The translations under genes were made by a program, and so were the position numbers. From IMG/VR virus record IMGVR_UViG_3300025687_000022: a stretch of 64,000 nucleotides of DNA; one strand, written 5' to 3'. The stretch comes from a virus. The notes beneath the pieces are model-generated. The model made no database searches and was not told the DNA's origin. It saw only the letters and a list, made by a program, of their open reading frames with translations. How positions within the stretch are numbered: the first letter of the stretch is position 1; every line of letters starts with the position of its first letter. This document shows positions 8,531 through 18,569 of this stretch, one piece after another.

Positions 8531-11437
8531 TTAATCATCAAATGCTGCACCAGTTGAAAGAATAGAGAAGTCAATTGCGATATACTCAATTGCTCTAGCT
8601 GGCTTAATCATGATCTTGGCGTACAGAATGTTCTGATCGATAAGATCTGGAGTAGTGGTTGTTTCGTCAAGAACTAGACGGTAATCAGTGATACCAAACT
8701 GAGTTTGGACTCTTGATAGTAGGGGACTAACAAGACCCTTGAATCGGTTCCAAGTTGCTTGCACGTTCTGCTCAAAAAGAACTTGAGTTGATAGAATGGA
8801 AATTTGTTTCTTTAGGTAAATAACTAATCTACGAACGTTAATTCTGTCAAGAGCAGATGGGCGCTCTTGTAGGGTCTTCTGACCAAAGACTACGATACCT
8901 GTACTTGGGAAGCTTGCGATTGGGTTAATGCGAGCCTCGTAAAGCGTATCACGTTGCTTAGAAGTTAGTCTCTCGGAAACGTTTGATACCGGAATGCCAG
9001 CAGCGCCGCCTGTTAAGCCTGCACGGTTGAAGCCAGCAGGAGCAAACCAAACAGCAGACTGACGCTCAGAGGAAGCAAAGACACCAAGCATAGCAACAGA
9101 AGGCGGAATCCAAAGAAGTCTACCGCTTTGCTCGTCGCGAGTCTGAACCCACGGATAGAAGGTACAGCCATAAGAAGAGTCTAATCTTCTATCTCTTAGC
9201 GCGTTTGCCGCGCTGATTGGTGTGGTGCCGATACGGCTAGCCTTGTCTGCGTAGTAAGCTTCATGAGAAGGAATATAAACATCAGCTAAGTCAACAACTG
9301 CTAATGCATCTGCTCTTTCGCCGCAAACATCAATCATGTGAGTGGTTAGAGCATCTGTTGTTAGCCCTGGCATGGATAGAAGATTCATGTCAAGGTACTC
9401 TGGGTCTGCAACTGTATCAATCGCACGCTTAATTGTGTAGTAAGCGTAAGAGGTAGTTTCGGTTGCGCTAGTCATACCAGCGTTATAGAACGGGTCTGGA
9501 ACAGTGATATCGACACCATCAAAACCACCCCAGAATGGAGCAGTAAATCTGTTGTACTCTGCATCGAGAAGAGTGTTGTAGGTGTTTGAACCTCTCGCAG
9601 AAACAGAAGTACCAGCTAAACGTGACCCAGAAGCGTAAATATACTCGCTGGTAGCAGAAGAGCTAACGTTATCAAGGGTAAAGATGTAAGAATACCCGTT
9701 GATTGACTCAATAGCATCGCCAGTTGGATCTGTTGGAACGTTGTTTGTTGTACCAAGACCGATGTAAAGTAGGCGTTGTGGGTCTGCGACAGACGCATCT
9801 GGTCTGGTTGAAGCAGCAGTTCTGGTAACTTCCATGCCGAAATAAGCGTTAGTTGGGTCAGATAAGCCGCCATCAAGAGCGCTGTTACGAAGTCGGACAG
9901 ATGGGAAAGCAAACGAAGCAGTTGCAGCAACACCGTAAGAAGATGATACAATTAGTGCTGCGTCACTGTGACCACCTGGAAGCGCTGTGCCTGCAACAAC
10001 AAATCGCTGGTCTAGTTCTGCGGCGTTAGCCACATCCATCGCTAGTGCAGTAACGTCTTTATACTTCGGAGGACCGTAATAACCAAATGGTAGTAGAACC
10101 GGATCGGTTGCGCCAGCTTCAACATCAGCGTTCATTTCAATTCTAACAAACTTTGATAGGTTATCAAAGTCGCCATAAACTTTTAATCTACGCTCTGTGG
10201 CATCCCAGCGCTCGTATTTGTCGCCAATCTTACGAGCAACATAATCTGCAGAAGTTGGGTCTAAAGTACAGTTATCGAAACGCTCTAAAACCACGACTCT
10301 GCTATCTGTATCAAGTAGCTGGCGAATAACAATAGAGAAAGTACCATACTCGCTGGTGGTTGTAGTAGAGCGCTTAATGTTCTCGATAGAAACTTTGGCG
10401 TTCTTGTGCATCCATTCACCGTGACCACGACCAATTAAACGGAATAATTTTGGTAGAGAAGCTGGGTTGAAAGAAGAATAATCTCCAAGATCCTGACCAA
10501 CAAACCAGCCAGCAACAGCTTCCTGCGAAGGCTGACCTTTCATTCGGTGTGGTCCAACTGTTGAAGCGGAGCCGGAAGCGATGCCGACAACAACACCAAC
10601 AAGAGAATCAGAACCACCACCAATAAGCGAACGCTCACGTAGTTCTTGTTCGAAAGTCTCGCCTAACCAATAATCTTCGTAAGAAGCACTTGGGTAAAAA
10701 GTACCTTGAGGAGAAGTTAGCTGTGGGTTGGTGTTTAAACGCTTGCGAGCAAAATACTCAGAAGAATCATCAAAGTTGATTGTGTATTTCTTGGAGCCGT
10801 TAACCGCGCCGTCGATAACAAGAACAAAGTTATTGTTTGAATCAGATTCAACGATAGTTGAAGAAGCTTGAACACCCTCAGTAGAGCCAGCAAGAGAGCC
10901 AGATAGCTGAACTGAACCAGAAGCAGCGTAAATAATACCAGCTAACTGAAAAGAGCCAGCAGAACCAGTATATTCACCGTTCGAAGAAGAAACTGCGATA
11001 AATAAGCCGTAAGCACCGCCAGCGGAAGTGCCGTTAACTGGAGCAGTTGCAGTTCCTGCGTTATTTTCAGTTTGCCAGCCAGCCTGTGCATCAGCGGTGC
11101 CGTCATTGTTGGCGTCTTGCTGACCAAGGAGGCGAATATAAGTTAGCGGAGCAACATTAGCGTTAAGAAACGCTTTCGCTGCGTAAGTTCCGTACATTGG
11201 AGACTGATAGTTGCCACCACGGTAAACATCACCACCACCGTTGCCTGGAACCGCATCACCCATTAGCTCAACGAACTCTGAATAAGATTGAACTTTCACA
11301 GGAGTCATAGCAAGACCGCGAGTTGCGCGACCAATAACAACTGGACCAATTGCATCTGACTCGCGTGGTCTAAAAGAGTTGTCAATCTCGTTGATGAAAA
11401 CCCCCGGTGAAACAAACTTAAAATTCTTTACTGACAT
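8531..11437 (-). CDS. Tail sheath protein (gp18-like)
   Basis: FVSPGVFINEID N-terminus; WFAPAGFNR, INPIASFP, FGQKTLQ, DRINVRRL, KPARAIEYI C-terminal motifs. Confidence 0.97.
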   Translation of the reverse strand: MSVKNFKFVSPGVFINEIDNSFRPRESDAIGPVVIGRATRGLAMTPVKVQSYSEFVELMGDAVPGNGGGDVYRGGNYQSPMYGTYAAKAFLNANVAPLTYIRLLGQQDANNDGTADAQAGWQTENNAGTATAPVNGTSAGGAYGLFIAVSSSNGEYTGSAGSFQLAGIIYAASGSVQLSGSLAGSTEGVQASSTIVESDSNNNFVLVIDGAVNGSKKYTINFDDSSEYFARKRLNTNPQLTSPQGTFYPSASYEDYWLGETFEQELRERSLIGGGSDSLVGVVVGIASGSASTVGPHRMKGQPSQEAVAGWFVGQDLGDYSSFNPASLPKLFRLIGRGHGEWMHKNAKVSIENIKRSTTTTSEYGTFSIVIRQLLDTDSRVVVLERFDNCTLDPTSADYVARKIGDKYERWDATERRLKVYGDFDNLSKFVRIEMNADVEAGATDPVLLPFGYYGPPKYKDVTALAMDVANAAELDQRFVVAGTALPGGHSDAALIVSSSYGVAATASFAFPSVRLRNSALDGGLSDPTNAYFGMEVTRTAASTRPDASVADPQRLLYIGLGTTNNVPTDPTGDAIESINGYSYIFTLDNVSSSATSEYIYASGSRLAGTSVSARGSNTYNTLLDAEYNRFTAPFWGGFDGVDITVPDPFYNAGMTSATETTSYAYYTIKRAIDTVADPEYLDMNLLSMPGLTTDALTTHMIDVCGERADALAVVDLADVYIPSHEAYYADKASRIGTTPISAANALRDRRLDSSYGCTFYPWVQTRDEQSGRLLWIPPSVAMLGVFASSERQSAVWFAPAGFNRAGLTGGAAGIPVSNVSERLTSKQRDTLYEARINPIASFPSTGIVVFGQKTLQERPSALDRINVRRLVIYLKKQISILSTQVLFEQNVQATWNRFKGLVSPLLSRVQTQFGITDYRLVLDETTTTPDLIDQNILYAKIMIKPARAIEYIAIDFSILSTGAAFDD

Positions 11438-11486
11438 TTATAGATCCTCACTTTAAGTTGATGGTATAAACCATCTTAGTCATACC

Positions 11487-11494
11487 TAAATAGT
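11487..11494 (-). promoter_or_regulatory. ACTATTTA motif upstream of sheath
   Basis: Recurrent octamer; a 6-bp hairpin (11460-11475) lies between it and the start codon. Confidence 0.6.
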
Positions 11495-11547
11495 GTCGAG
11501 CGGTCCAAAAGGAGATCAGGAAGAAAACAAATATAATGTTTTCGTTC

Positions 11548-12432
11548 TCAGGAACTGATCGTATAGAAGCCATCATCGTCTTCTTTTACGATTGATTCCA
11601 TTGGATATGTAATCTCAACAAAGTTTTCTTCGACCCTTACAATAGGTCTATCATCGTTCTCGCCTTCGCCAATTAAATAACCAAGAACTTTTATGCTTAT
11701 TTCTGTACTAAATATTCTTATGTCCTCACCAAGAGCAGCAGTATTGTTGTTGTGTGAGAAGTTTTGATCAATAAACGCTTCGTATGTGTGTCCATTTCTG
11801 CGAAGATTAAAAGCATTTATTTGCCCTGTACGTGCCATGAACGGAGTTATTATTTCGTTCATTTGCTGTTGGTATTCTGTTTTAATTGTAATTTTATAAT
11901 CTAAGTTTATATAAACTGGAAATGGAATCGAAAGAGAACGAACAACAATTTTTTTGTTAACTCTTGGGGCGTATTTCTGCGCTGTGCCACCCGTGTAGTT
12001 TGCTGCGCGTGTATTGCCAACAACAGCAAAGTTTCTTGTTTTATCTTGGACAATTTGTTTTGCAATAACCATGCGCCCTGCTCTACCGTTTTTATCTTTA
12101 GAATATAAATGAGCTTGGAAAGATCCTTTTCTTGCTGGATCTTTTACTATACCAGTGCGTTCAATGCTGATAACTGGAAGAATTAAAACACCGTCATTAT
12201 CTCTTAAAGATTTATCGTCTTTTACTTGGAACGCTCGCTCTGGAGATTGCCAGAATACAGGAACCTTATTCCAGCCTTTGTTTGTTGTTGCGCTAAGTGC
12301 TAGATCTTCTTTTAGCCATGAAACAATTGCATAATCTATTGTCTCAATAGAAGAGTTTAGCATACCAACTTCACTTAGTTTTAATTCAGTGCCTGGAGGT
12401 ATCATAGCGAAATCAAAATCTTTAGGTAGCAT
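11548..12432 (-). CDS. Tail completion / sheath stabiliser (gp15-like)
   Basis: Between neck and sheath; LPVISIER and QQQMNEII motifs; start moved to ATG 12432, which has an AAGGAG SD. Confidence 0.65.
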   Translation of the reverse strand: MLPKDFDFAMIPPGTELKLSEVGMLNSSIETIDYAIVSWLKEDLALSATTNKGWNKVPVFWQSPERAFQVKDDKSLRDNDGVLILPVISIERTGIVKDPARKGSFQAHLYSKDKNGRAGRMVIAKQIVQDKTRNFAVVGNTRAANYTGGTAQKYAPRVNKKIVVRSLSIPFPVYINLDYKITIKTEYQQQMNEIITPFMARTGQINAFNLRRNGHTYEAFIDQNFSHNNNTAALGEDIRIFSTEISIKVLGYLIGEGENDDRPIVRVEENFVEITYPMESIVKEDDDGFYTISS

Positions 12433-12913
12433 CAAACGCTCCTTGTCTTGTAAGTCTGCATGTCGCTGAAATCTCAAAGGATTGACCAGCTTGACCAAAT
12501 AATAGTTTTGGCTTTGAAGTTTTTACTATCTCATAATAACTATCATTATATAAAACATAATCGCCAACACGAACAGATAAATTTTGATCTGTTTCTAATC
12601 TTCGCTTATGAAAATGTACATTAATTTCTGATGAATTATCCACACCAACACCATCTAAATATTTTGTTGAGAAATCTGTATATTCCACAAGAGCATAAAC
12701 GTGAAGAGGAGGCAAGAAAGTTTTTTCTATTGCTTCTCCGTACAAATCATGAAAGTTTGTTCTCTCAACATCAATAGGATAATAAAGAATCTGCTGACCA
12801 ATTACTTTTTCGATCAGTTCATCGTTAACTTGCTTTACGAGATCACGCTCTTTCTTGCCGAGAAAGAGCGGAGGAGGAGGTGCTGCTGGTCTAGACCATT
12901 CGTTATCAGACAT
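12422..12913 (-). CDS. Neck / head-closure protein (gp14-like)
   Basis: GQQILYYPI..DLYGEA..VGDYVLY..YYEI; follows gp13-like gene. Confidence 0.75.
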   Translation of the reverse strand: MSDNEWSRPAAPPPPLFLGKKERDLVKQVNDELIEKVIGQQILYYPIDVERTNFHDLYGEAIEKTFLPPLHVYALVEYTDFSTKYLDGVGVDNSSEINVHFHKRRLETDQNLSVRVGDYVLYNDSYYEIVKTSKPKLLFGQAGQSFEISATCRLTRQGAFDAT

Positions 12914-13144
12914 TTAATTGCCTCTAAAATACTTTGACAGGATTGCTTCAAGAGCATCGTGCATTTCATTTTCCAATTGTATTGCTTGTTCTTCTGATAT
13001 ATCAATATTCATTGGTAAACGAACTTTAACTCCAACAACATTGGGTCCAATATCCATATCATATATGGCACCCGGTGTAAGACAGGCGCGCTCTTCATCT
13101 GGATTTTTGATGTAATCTTTCCAATTTTCTAATAATAGTTTCAT
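12914..13144 (-). CDS. Small protein with MKLLLENW leader (putative internal head protein)
   Basis: N-terminus MKLLLENWKDYI shared with 22244 and 36325 ORFs. Confidence 0.6.
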   Translation of the reverse strand: MKLLLENWKDYIKNPDEERACLTPGAIYDMDIGPNVVGVKVRLPMNIDISEEQAIQLENEMHDALEAILSKYFRGN

Positions 13145-13147
13145 AGT

Positions 13148-14428
13148 TTATCCTACGAAGATTGGTAGCGGAGATTGCTTGAAAGTATTTGCAGCAGCTT
13201 CAGCGGTTTCAGAATCTTGTTTAGCAAGTTCATTGTATGTGACTTTATCGAGGATCTCCATTAATTTATCTTTTAATTGTTGCTGTTCGTCTTTTGCCTG
13301 CGACAATAACTCTGAATGGTTTAGTGTAACAGATTCGCCTGGGATTGGCATAGTTGTATATTTGCCTCGTACTTGTCCAAGCATTTCTTTACATAACGCC
13401 AAAGCATACTTACGAATCCATTGTTTGCCAATAGAGTTGATGTTTGCATATGGAAGATTATCAAAAGGAAGAGTATTGATGTTGTTAATGCCGTCTACGC
13501 CATCATTATAATTTGCATTTACATCCCAGGAGTTTGCATTATCAACATAAAAGTTGACCCAAACACGATTGTATTCTGAATCTCCAAAACCAAACTTATC
13601 TGGCTGAGGAAATAATCTTAATTTGTTGTCTCTTAGCTCATAAGAATAATGAGAGGTTCTGGTATAAATTGAATCTTCGTACATGATTGCTTGAAGTTTA
13701 TTTTGCCAAGTTGGGATAATCTCAAATGTAGAATCATCAGCAAATTGTCCGTAAGTTGAATAATTACCAACAACGCCTACGCCACCATAATAACCGTAGA
13801 AACGCCACATAGCACGAGGAGACTTATAAAAAACTTTAGTAATAATAACCCTATTCGTTCCAACTGCACCAGAATAAGGCACAGCATTTCCAGCATCGTC
13901 AACACCAGAATCTGAAGCGCTAACAATAATTGTTTGTAAATCGTAGTCTTGAACACCTTCTGTTATACTGAAAGAAGCTGAATAAATTGGTGTTGTCCCG
14001 CCAAAGCCGGCAATCGTTGACATTACATCACCGACTCCGCGAGCGTGTGCGATTTGAAATCTTGGATAACGAAGGTTTACAGAAGATGGACCTTCTTTTA
14101 ATTCACCTTTATGGTCAAATGTTCCTGTTTGTTCTCCAAGAACACTTGATACAATGTTCTGTGCTTGATGAAGATTTACAATATAAGAATATTCAAGCAC
14201 AGCTTCTTCGTATGCCGTATAAACATCAGCAGCAGTTAATTCAATATCAACAACAGAACCACCAAGTTTTTTGAAAACATAATTAACTTGAAGTGCTGCC
14301 CCACTAAGAAAGTCTGATGAACCAGTATAAATACCATAAGGCACTGCTGATGCAACATCAGATGCAGTACCAGTAGATGGTAAAACTAAAGCGCTAACCT
14401 GTGATAATGGATTAAGGTTTGTTGGCAT
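13148..14428 (-). CDS. Neck / head-tail adaptor (gp13-like)
   Basis: KLGGSVVDIELT and WIRKYALALCKEMLGQVRGKY..IPG..VTLN motifs. Confidence 0.85.
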   Translation of the reverse strand: MPTNLNPLSQVSALVLPSTGTASDVASAVPYGIYTGSSDFLSGAALQVNYVFKKLGGSVVDIELTAADVYTAYEEAVLEYSYIVNLHQAQNIVSSVLGEQTGTFDHKGELKEGPSSVNLRYPRFQIAHARGVGDVMSTIAGFGGTTPIYSASFSITEGVQDYDLQTIIVSASDSGVDDAGNAVPYSGAVGTNRVIITKVFYKSPRAMWRFYGYYGGVGVVGNYSTYGQFADDSTFEIIPTWQNKLQAIMYEDSIYTRTSHYSYELRDNKLRLFPQPDKFGFGDSEYNRVWVNFYVDNANSWDVNANYNDGVDGINNINTLPFDNLPYANINSIGKQWIRKYALALCKEMLGQVRGKYTTMPIPGESVTLNHSELLSQAKDEQQQLKDKLMEILDKVTYNELAKQDSETAEAAANTFKQSPLPIFVG

Positions 14429-14448
14429 TTGTAGAAGTTTCCTTTAAT

Positions 14449-14640
14449 TTACTCTGCTGATTTTTTACTGCGAGTGCTTTTACGGATAGTTTTTTTAACT
14501 GATTCTGGGGCAGGTTGTGGCTCGATAGGGGCAGCTTCTGCAACAGGCTCCACGACTGGCTGTGGCGCTGGAACAGGAGCGGGTGCCGCTGGAGCTTCAA
14601 CAGCTTTTGAGCGTAGTAGTTTCTTTTTTCGAATATTCAT
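14449..14640 (-). CDS. Small basic Pro/Ala-rich protein
   Basis: AAGGAG SD and its own upstream motif; Lys/Arg-rich ends flanking a Pro/Ala/Glu linker. Confidence 0.7.
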   Translation of the reverse strand: MNIRKKKLLRSKAVEAPAAPAPVPAPQPVVEPVAEAAPIEPQPAPESVKKTIRKSTRSKKSAE

Positions 14641-14666
14641 GTTTAACTCCTTTAACGAAACTATAG

Positions 14667-14674
14667 TAAGTAGT
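14667..14674 (-). promoter_or_regulatory. ACTACTTA motif variant
   Basis: One-base variant of the recurrent octamer, just downstream of the capsid terminator. Confidence 0.55.
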
Positions 14675-14679
14675 TATGG

Positions 14680-14713
14680 AAAAATAAAAAGCCCCTGGCT
14701 TTCACCAGGGGCT
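14680..14713 (-). terminator. Rho-independent terminator after major capsid gene
   Basis: 9-bp stem AGCCCCTGG/CCAGGGGCT followed by TTTTATTTTT. Confidence 0.85.
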
Positions 14714-14738
14714 AGCTATCATTTATAGCTTATTGGTT

Positions 14739-16550
14739 CTAGGAGCCAGACTCGCCTAGAAGACCACGGATGACGACTAGACCATAAAGGTCTGGACGGA
14801 CCATCTTCTTCGCATAACGGGTCATGACCCCCTTGCGAGGCACGAAGTCCTCTGGACCAAAGATGGTTGGAGTGGTCTGTAGTGGAACGTATGGAGCGTA
14901 AACGTAACCGCTTTCTAGGAAAGAGCTACCTCTACGACCAACGAGGACCACGTTGCGTAGGAAGTATGGGTCAACAATGACATCAAACTTCTTGCTTAGT
15001 GAGCCAACCTTGACTGCACCAACAGAACCAGACTCATCATCAGCGGTAACAGAAGCACGGAAACCAGCGGTGAACTCTAGAATGTTAGCAACTTCAGGTC
15101 CGACGACGATGAAGTTAGCGCCACCTCTAAGAGTCTTGCGGTGAATCTGTGCAGAAACATCGTTGATGGTTTCGACTAGAGTCTCGTACCACTCGCTAAC
15201 AGTACCAGTGAAGTCTGGAGCGGCAGCAGAAGCGCCGATCTCAGTACCAGTTTCGCGGTTAACGAATAGACCTGGAGAGCGAGCCCAATAGTAGGTGCCA
15301 GCGGTAGCACCGTTAACGAGGTCCGCTAGAATCTCACGGTCGATTTCTAGAGCAATCTGCTCGGATAGGATGCTGGTTAGCTCAACCTCTGCATCGAGGT
15401 TGTGATAAGCGTTTAGATCCTGACCAAGCTCTGGTGTCCACTTAGCCTTTAGCTTCTTGGTTTGAGCGGTAACAGCGATAGAATCAACTTTGATGTCGAT
15501 CTCTGGGATTAGCTCAGAACCTTCGAGTCCCCACTCTGATGCACCGACAACAGCACCAAGAGCGGTAGCGCTGGTTAGATTGTCGCGAAGTGCAAAAGAT
15601 GCAGTAAGACCAACAGCCTCGGCAACTGCGCCAGTGTTGATATCGTCAGCTGTCGTGCCAGAAGGAGCAACAACCGTGAATAGTAGTTCATCGGCAGAAA
15701 CTAAGCCAGTTGCGACATCGGCGGCAGAAGCAACACGAGTTAAGCGACGAACTAAGTTACCAGCAGAAGTAAGGGACGAGCCAATACCTGTCTGCTGAGT
15801 AATGGTGACATCGTTAAGCACGATTGGAGCCGTGTTGTCAAGATCGATGTTGTTGCCAGTATAGCTAGCTTGAGCAACAGCAAAAACTGCAACAGCGTAA
15901 GCTGTGCTTGAGCCACTTAAAGCTAGAATGTCTGGATCGAACTGTAGAAGCTTTTTCTGAGCCTCAGAAGCGGAATCCAGATCGAAAGCCTGTAGATCAT
16001 AGCCGCTTAAGGCAACCTCAACACTGCCGGTTGGTGAAGCGTAAGCATAACCACGAGCACCGACTGTACGAGCACCACCAAAGTCAACCTTAGCGCTGTT
16101 TAGAAGATCAACGCCACCAGTGATCTGGGAGCCAACCTGATCAGTACCGTAAATGGACTTATCAGCAATGTTGCCAAGACGACTAGTCTGTGAGCCAGAA
16201 GCACCTAGATTTGGTGAGAACACGAAGTCTAGGAAGAAAATAAGCCCAGATGGTAGGCTCATTGGCTGAACGCTAACGAGATCGTTGGCGATTAGACCAG
16301 CGAAAACGCGGCGAACAATTGGGAATGCGACGGCAGCGAAGCCCTCAACATCACCAGCAGACATGCTGGAAGACTCACGGAGTAGTTCCTTTGCTTGGTT
16401 CTCAAGCAGACGAGCCATAGAAGCGCGTTTACGGTCGTTGTTTAGACCCTCTAGGAGTCCAGTGCGCTCCCATTTCTTTAATAGCGCGTTAGATTCTGCG
16501 CGCATATCACGATTGACAACACCTTCGGTCAATCTTTCGATAATAGACAT
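14739..16550 (-). CDS. Major capsid protein (T4 gp23-like)
   Basis: VQPMSLPSGLIFFL, KLKAKWTPELGQDLNAYHNLDAEVEL, YAPYVPL, PRKGVMTRY; AGGAGGT SD. Confidence 0.97.
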   Translation of the reverse strand: MSIIERLTEGVVNRDMRAESNALLKKWERTGLLEGLNNDRKRASMARLLENQAKELLRESSSMSAGDVEGFAAVAFPIVRRVFAGLIANDLVSVQPMSLPSGLIFFLDFVFSPNLGASGSQTSRLGNIADKSIYGTDQVGSQITGGVDLLNSAKVDFGGARTVGARGYAYASPTGSVEVALSGYDLQAFDLDSASEAQKKLLQFDPDILALSGSSTAYAVAVFAVAQASYTGNNIDLDNTAPIVLNDVTITQQTGIGSSLTSAGNLVRRLTRVASAADVATGLVSADELLFTVVAPSGTTADDINTGAVAEAVGLTASFALRDNLTSATALGAVVGASEWGLEGSELIPEIDIKVDSIAVTAQTKKLKAKWTPELGQDLNAYHNLDAEVELTSILSEQIALEIDREILADLVNGATAGTYYWARSPGLFVNRETGTEIGASAAAPDFTGTVSEWYETLVETINDVSAQIHRKTLRGGANFIVVGPEVANILEFTAGFRASVTADDESGSVGAVKVGSLSKKFDVIVDPYFLRNVVLVGRRGSSFLESGYVYAPYVPLQTTPTIFGPEDFVPRKGVMTRYAKKMVRPDLYGLVVIRGLLGESGS

Positions 16551-16565
16551 AAGATATACCTCCTT

Positions 16566-17588
16566 TTATTTGATACCTGCTAGTCTACGCATACGTTCTG
16601 CGAACGCATCAGTTTGTGTGCTTTCCTGACGGGAAGCGCGGATAACAGAAGAAGGACGATGAATAGCTTCGCTTAGTGATTTTGGACTGTGACGTTCGCC
16701 AGCAGACTCCACTGTGCTTTGAAGTGTTTCGTAGATTGTCTTTGCTTCTGAAACAGAATCTGCGCGGGAAATAGCTTCGACAATTTTATTCTTTTGTCGC
16801 TCATTAAAGGAGGTACTTCTTAATGCACGATTCGTGTATAATAAACGAGCATTTGAAAGGTTAACGCTTTGTAGTGTTTCTTTCAATTCGCTTGTAGCTT
16901 GCTCGTAGTTTTGAAGGCGATCTTGAAGTTGTTTATTTTCAAAAACAAGCTCTTCTTGTGCCTTTTTAAGATCTTCTAACTCTTGTTGTAGTTCGGTGCT
17001 ACGACGATGAGCCATTTCTTTTTCCATTTGATATTTCTTGTCGCTAGCGGAGCGACCAGCCCAACCTGAAAGGTCGGCACCCATATCAACCATTAGTTTT
17101 TCAACGATAGAATCAACTAAATCTTCTTCAGAAAGTTCTTCTTGTTCTTCTTCAATTTCAATTTCTTCAGATAAATCTTCGCTTTCTTCTTCTATAGCTT
17201 CTTCAATGTTGATTTCCTCTTCTTCGGAAAGTTCTGCTTTTAAAGCTTCAACAGATTCGCGAAGAGCACCAAGATCAAGATTAAATTGAACTTCTTCGTC
17301 TTCAGTTGGAATATTTGTTAGGTTTGAGCCCTGCATGTCGCTTAGGTCGCTAGTGGCTGCGTAAGGAACGTCTTCTAATTCTTCCTCAAGGGCTTCATCG
17401 GCAGGCGCAACTGCTGCAGTGTCTGATAATTCTGCCCCCAAGCCAAGCTCGTCTTGTTCCAGCAATTGCTCTAATGTACTGCGAACTTCATCAGAGTATT
17501 TATCAATAACTGATGCCTCGGCATTTTTTAATGCCGCTTCGCGAAGTGCTTTTGCGTCAATAATAGCTTCTTTTAGTAAGCTTGACAT
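16566..17588 (-). CDS. Prohead core scaffold (gp22-like)
   Basis: Acidic coiled-coil protein directly upstream of MCP with many (L/I)xE sites; ends RMRRLAGIK. Confidence 0.8.
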   Translation of the reverse strand: MSSLLKEAIIDAKALREAALKNAEASVIDKYSDEVRSTLEQLLEQDELGLGAELSDTAAVAPADEALEEELEDVPYAATSDLSDMQGSNLTNIPTEDEEVQFNLDLGALRESVEALKAELSEEEEINIEEAIEEESEDLSEEIEIEEEQEELSEEDLVDSIVEKLMVDMGADLSGWAGRSASDKKYQMEKEMAHRRSTELQQELEDLKKAQEELVFENKQLQDRLQNYEQATSELKETLQSVNLSNARLLYTNRALRSTSFNERQKNKIVEAISRADSVSEAKTIYETLQSTVESAGERHSPKSLSEAIHRPSSVIRASRQESTQTDAFAERMRRLAGIK

Positions 17589-17618
17589 ACAATTCTCCTA
17601 AAAATAAAGTTTCAAAAT

Positions 17619-17626
17619 TAAATAGT
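17619..17626 (-). promoter_or_regulatory. ACTATTTA motif upstream of scaffold-capsid unit
   Basis: Recurrent octamer, 31 nt before ATG. Confidence 0.6.
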
Positions 17627-17652
17627 AATACTTTTTTATAAAAGCAAATAAA

Positions 17653-18156
17653 TTAGAAAATAAACCAGTCTGTTCCGTTACAATAAAGGTTTATGGCTGG
17701 ATTAGAGCCAGACATAACAAAAGATGAAGCGTTATCGATATTAAATCCTGAGCCTGTGATTGTTATAAATCTAGCTGCTGCACTTTCATCTTTAACAACT
17801 AATATTCTTCCTGTAATCGCTGCAGATGGAGTTGGTAACGTAACTTCAAGGTTTCCTGCTGCTGTTGCTCCAAGAATGTAATCTGAGTCATTAACAGTAA
17901 AAGGCGTGGTTGTTATTGGTCGGTAGCCAGCATAGTAAGCACCAGTAACAAATAATGATCCAGAAAGAACAACGTTATGTCCTGCAACTGGATTGGCAGC
18001 TTCTGAGCCAGTATAAAAAGAAAAGTTTAATGAACCGCTACTAACACCTTCGCCAGAAGCGGTCATAAACTGAATAGAATTAGCTGGTCCTGATGCGGCT
18101 CCGTCGCCCCCAGCAGAAGAAGTGCAACTTACATATGCCCAACCAAATTGAGCCAT
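17653..18156 (-). CDS. Putative virion surface / short fibre protein
   Basis: Gly/Ser-rich; C-terminal VTLP..GRILVVKDE..LYCNGTDWFIF beta-rich module typical of fibre ends. Confidence 0.55.
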   Translation of the reverse strand: MAQFGWAYVSCTSSAGGDGAASGPANSIQFMTASGEGVSSGSLNFSFYTGSEAANPVAGHNVVLSGSLFVTGAYYAGYRPITTTPFTVNDSDYILGATAAGNLEVTLPTPSAAITGRILVVKDESAAARFITITGSGFNIDNASSFVMSGSNPAINLYCNGTDWFIF

Positions 18157-18539
18157 TAGCCTACTCCAACAGAACCTGACCAGCTAGGTCCAATAGAACC
18201 AGATGTTCTAGATGAATCAATGTTGGTTAACCCAGCGACAACTTGAACATTATTGGAACCAGATAACCAAAGCTCACCTATTTTAAGTTCTAAAACAGCA
18301 GATGTTCCACCGTTACCAGAAACTTCAAAAAAGTTGTTGTTTTCAACACCGTTCTGCGAAAAGCCGACTCGTACTGGATCGGTTGATTGATTTAGCACAT
18401 AAAGCCAGCGAGTGGTTGTTGGAAATTCAACTTTTGTAGTTGTAGCCGCATTAACCCCACCAGTAACAAAAGGACGACCTGAAACTTGATAAGCGCCAAC
18501 GTGGTTTAAGCCAACATCTGTTTTCCATGATATAGCCAT
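18156..18539 (-). CDS. Putative capsid decoration / structural protein
   Basis: GLNHVGAYQVSGRPF motif, beta-rich, in head module. Confidence 0.5.
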   Translation of the reverse strand: MAISWKTDVGLNHVGAYQVSGRPFVTGGVNAATTTKVEFPTTTRWLYVLNQSTDPVRVGFSQNGVENNNFFEVSGNGGTSAVLELKIGELWLSGSNNVQVVAGLTNIDSSRTSGSIGPSWSGSVGVG

Positions 18540-18561
18540 AGTTTATCTCTCCAATTAATAA

Positions 18562-18569
18562 TAAGTAGT
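18562..18569 (-). promoter_or_regulatory. ACTACTTA motif variant
   Basis: Octamer variant 23 nt before the 18539 ATG. Confidence 0.55.
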
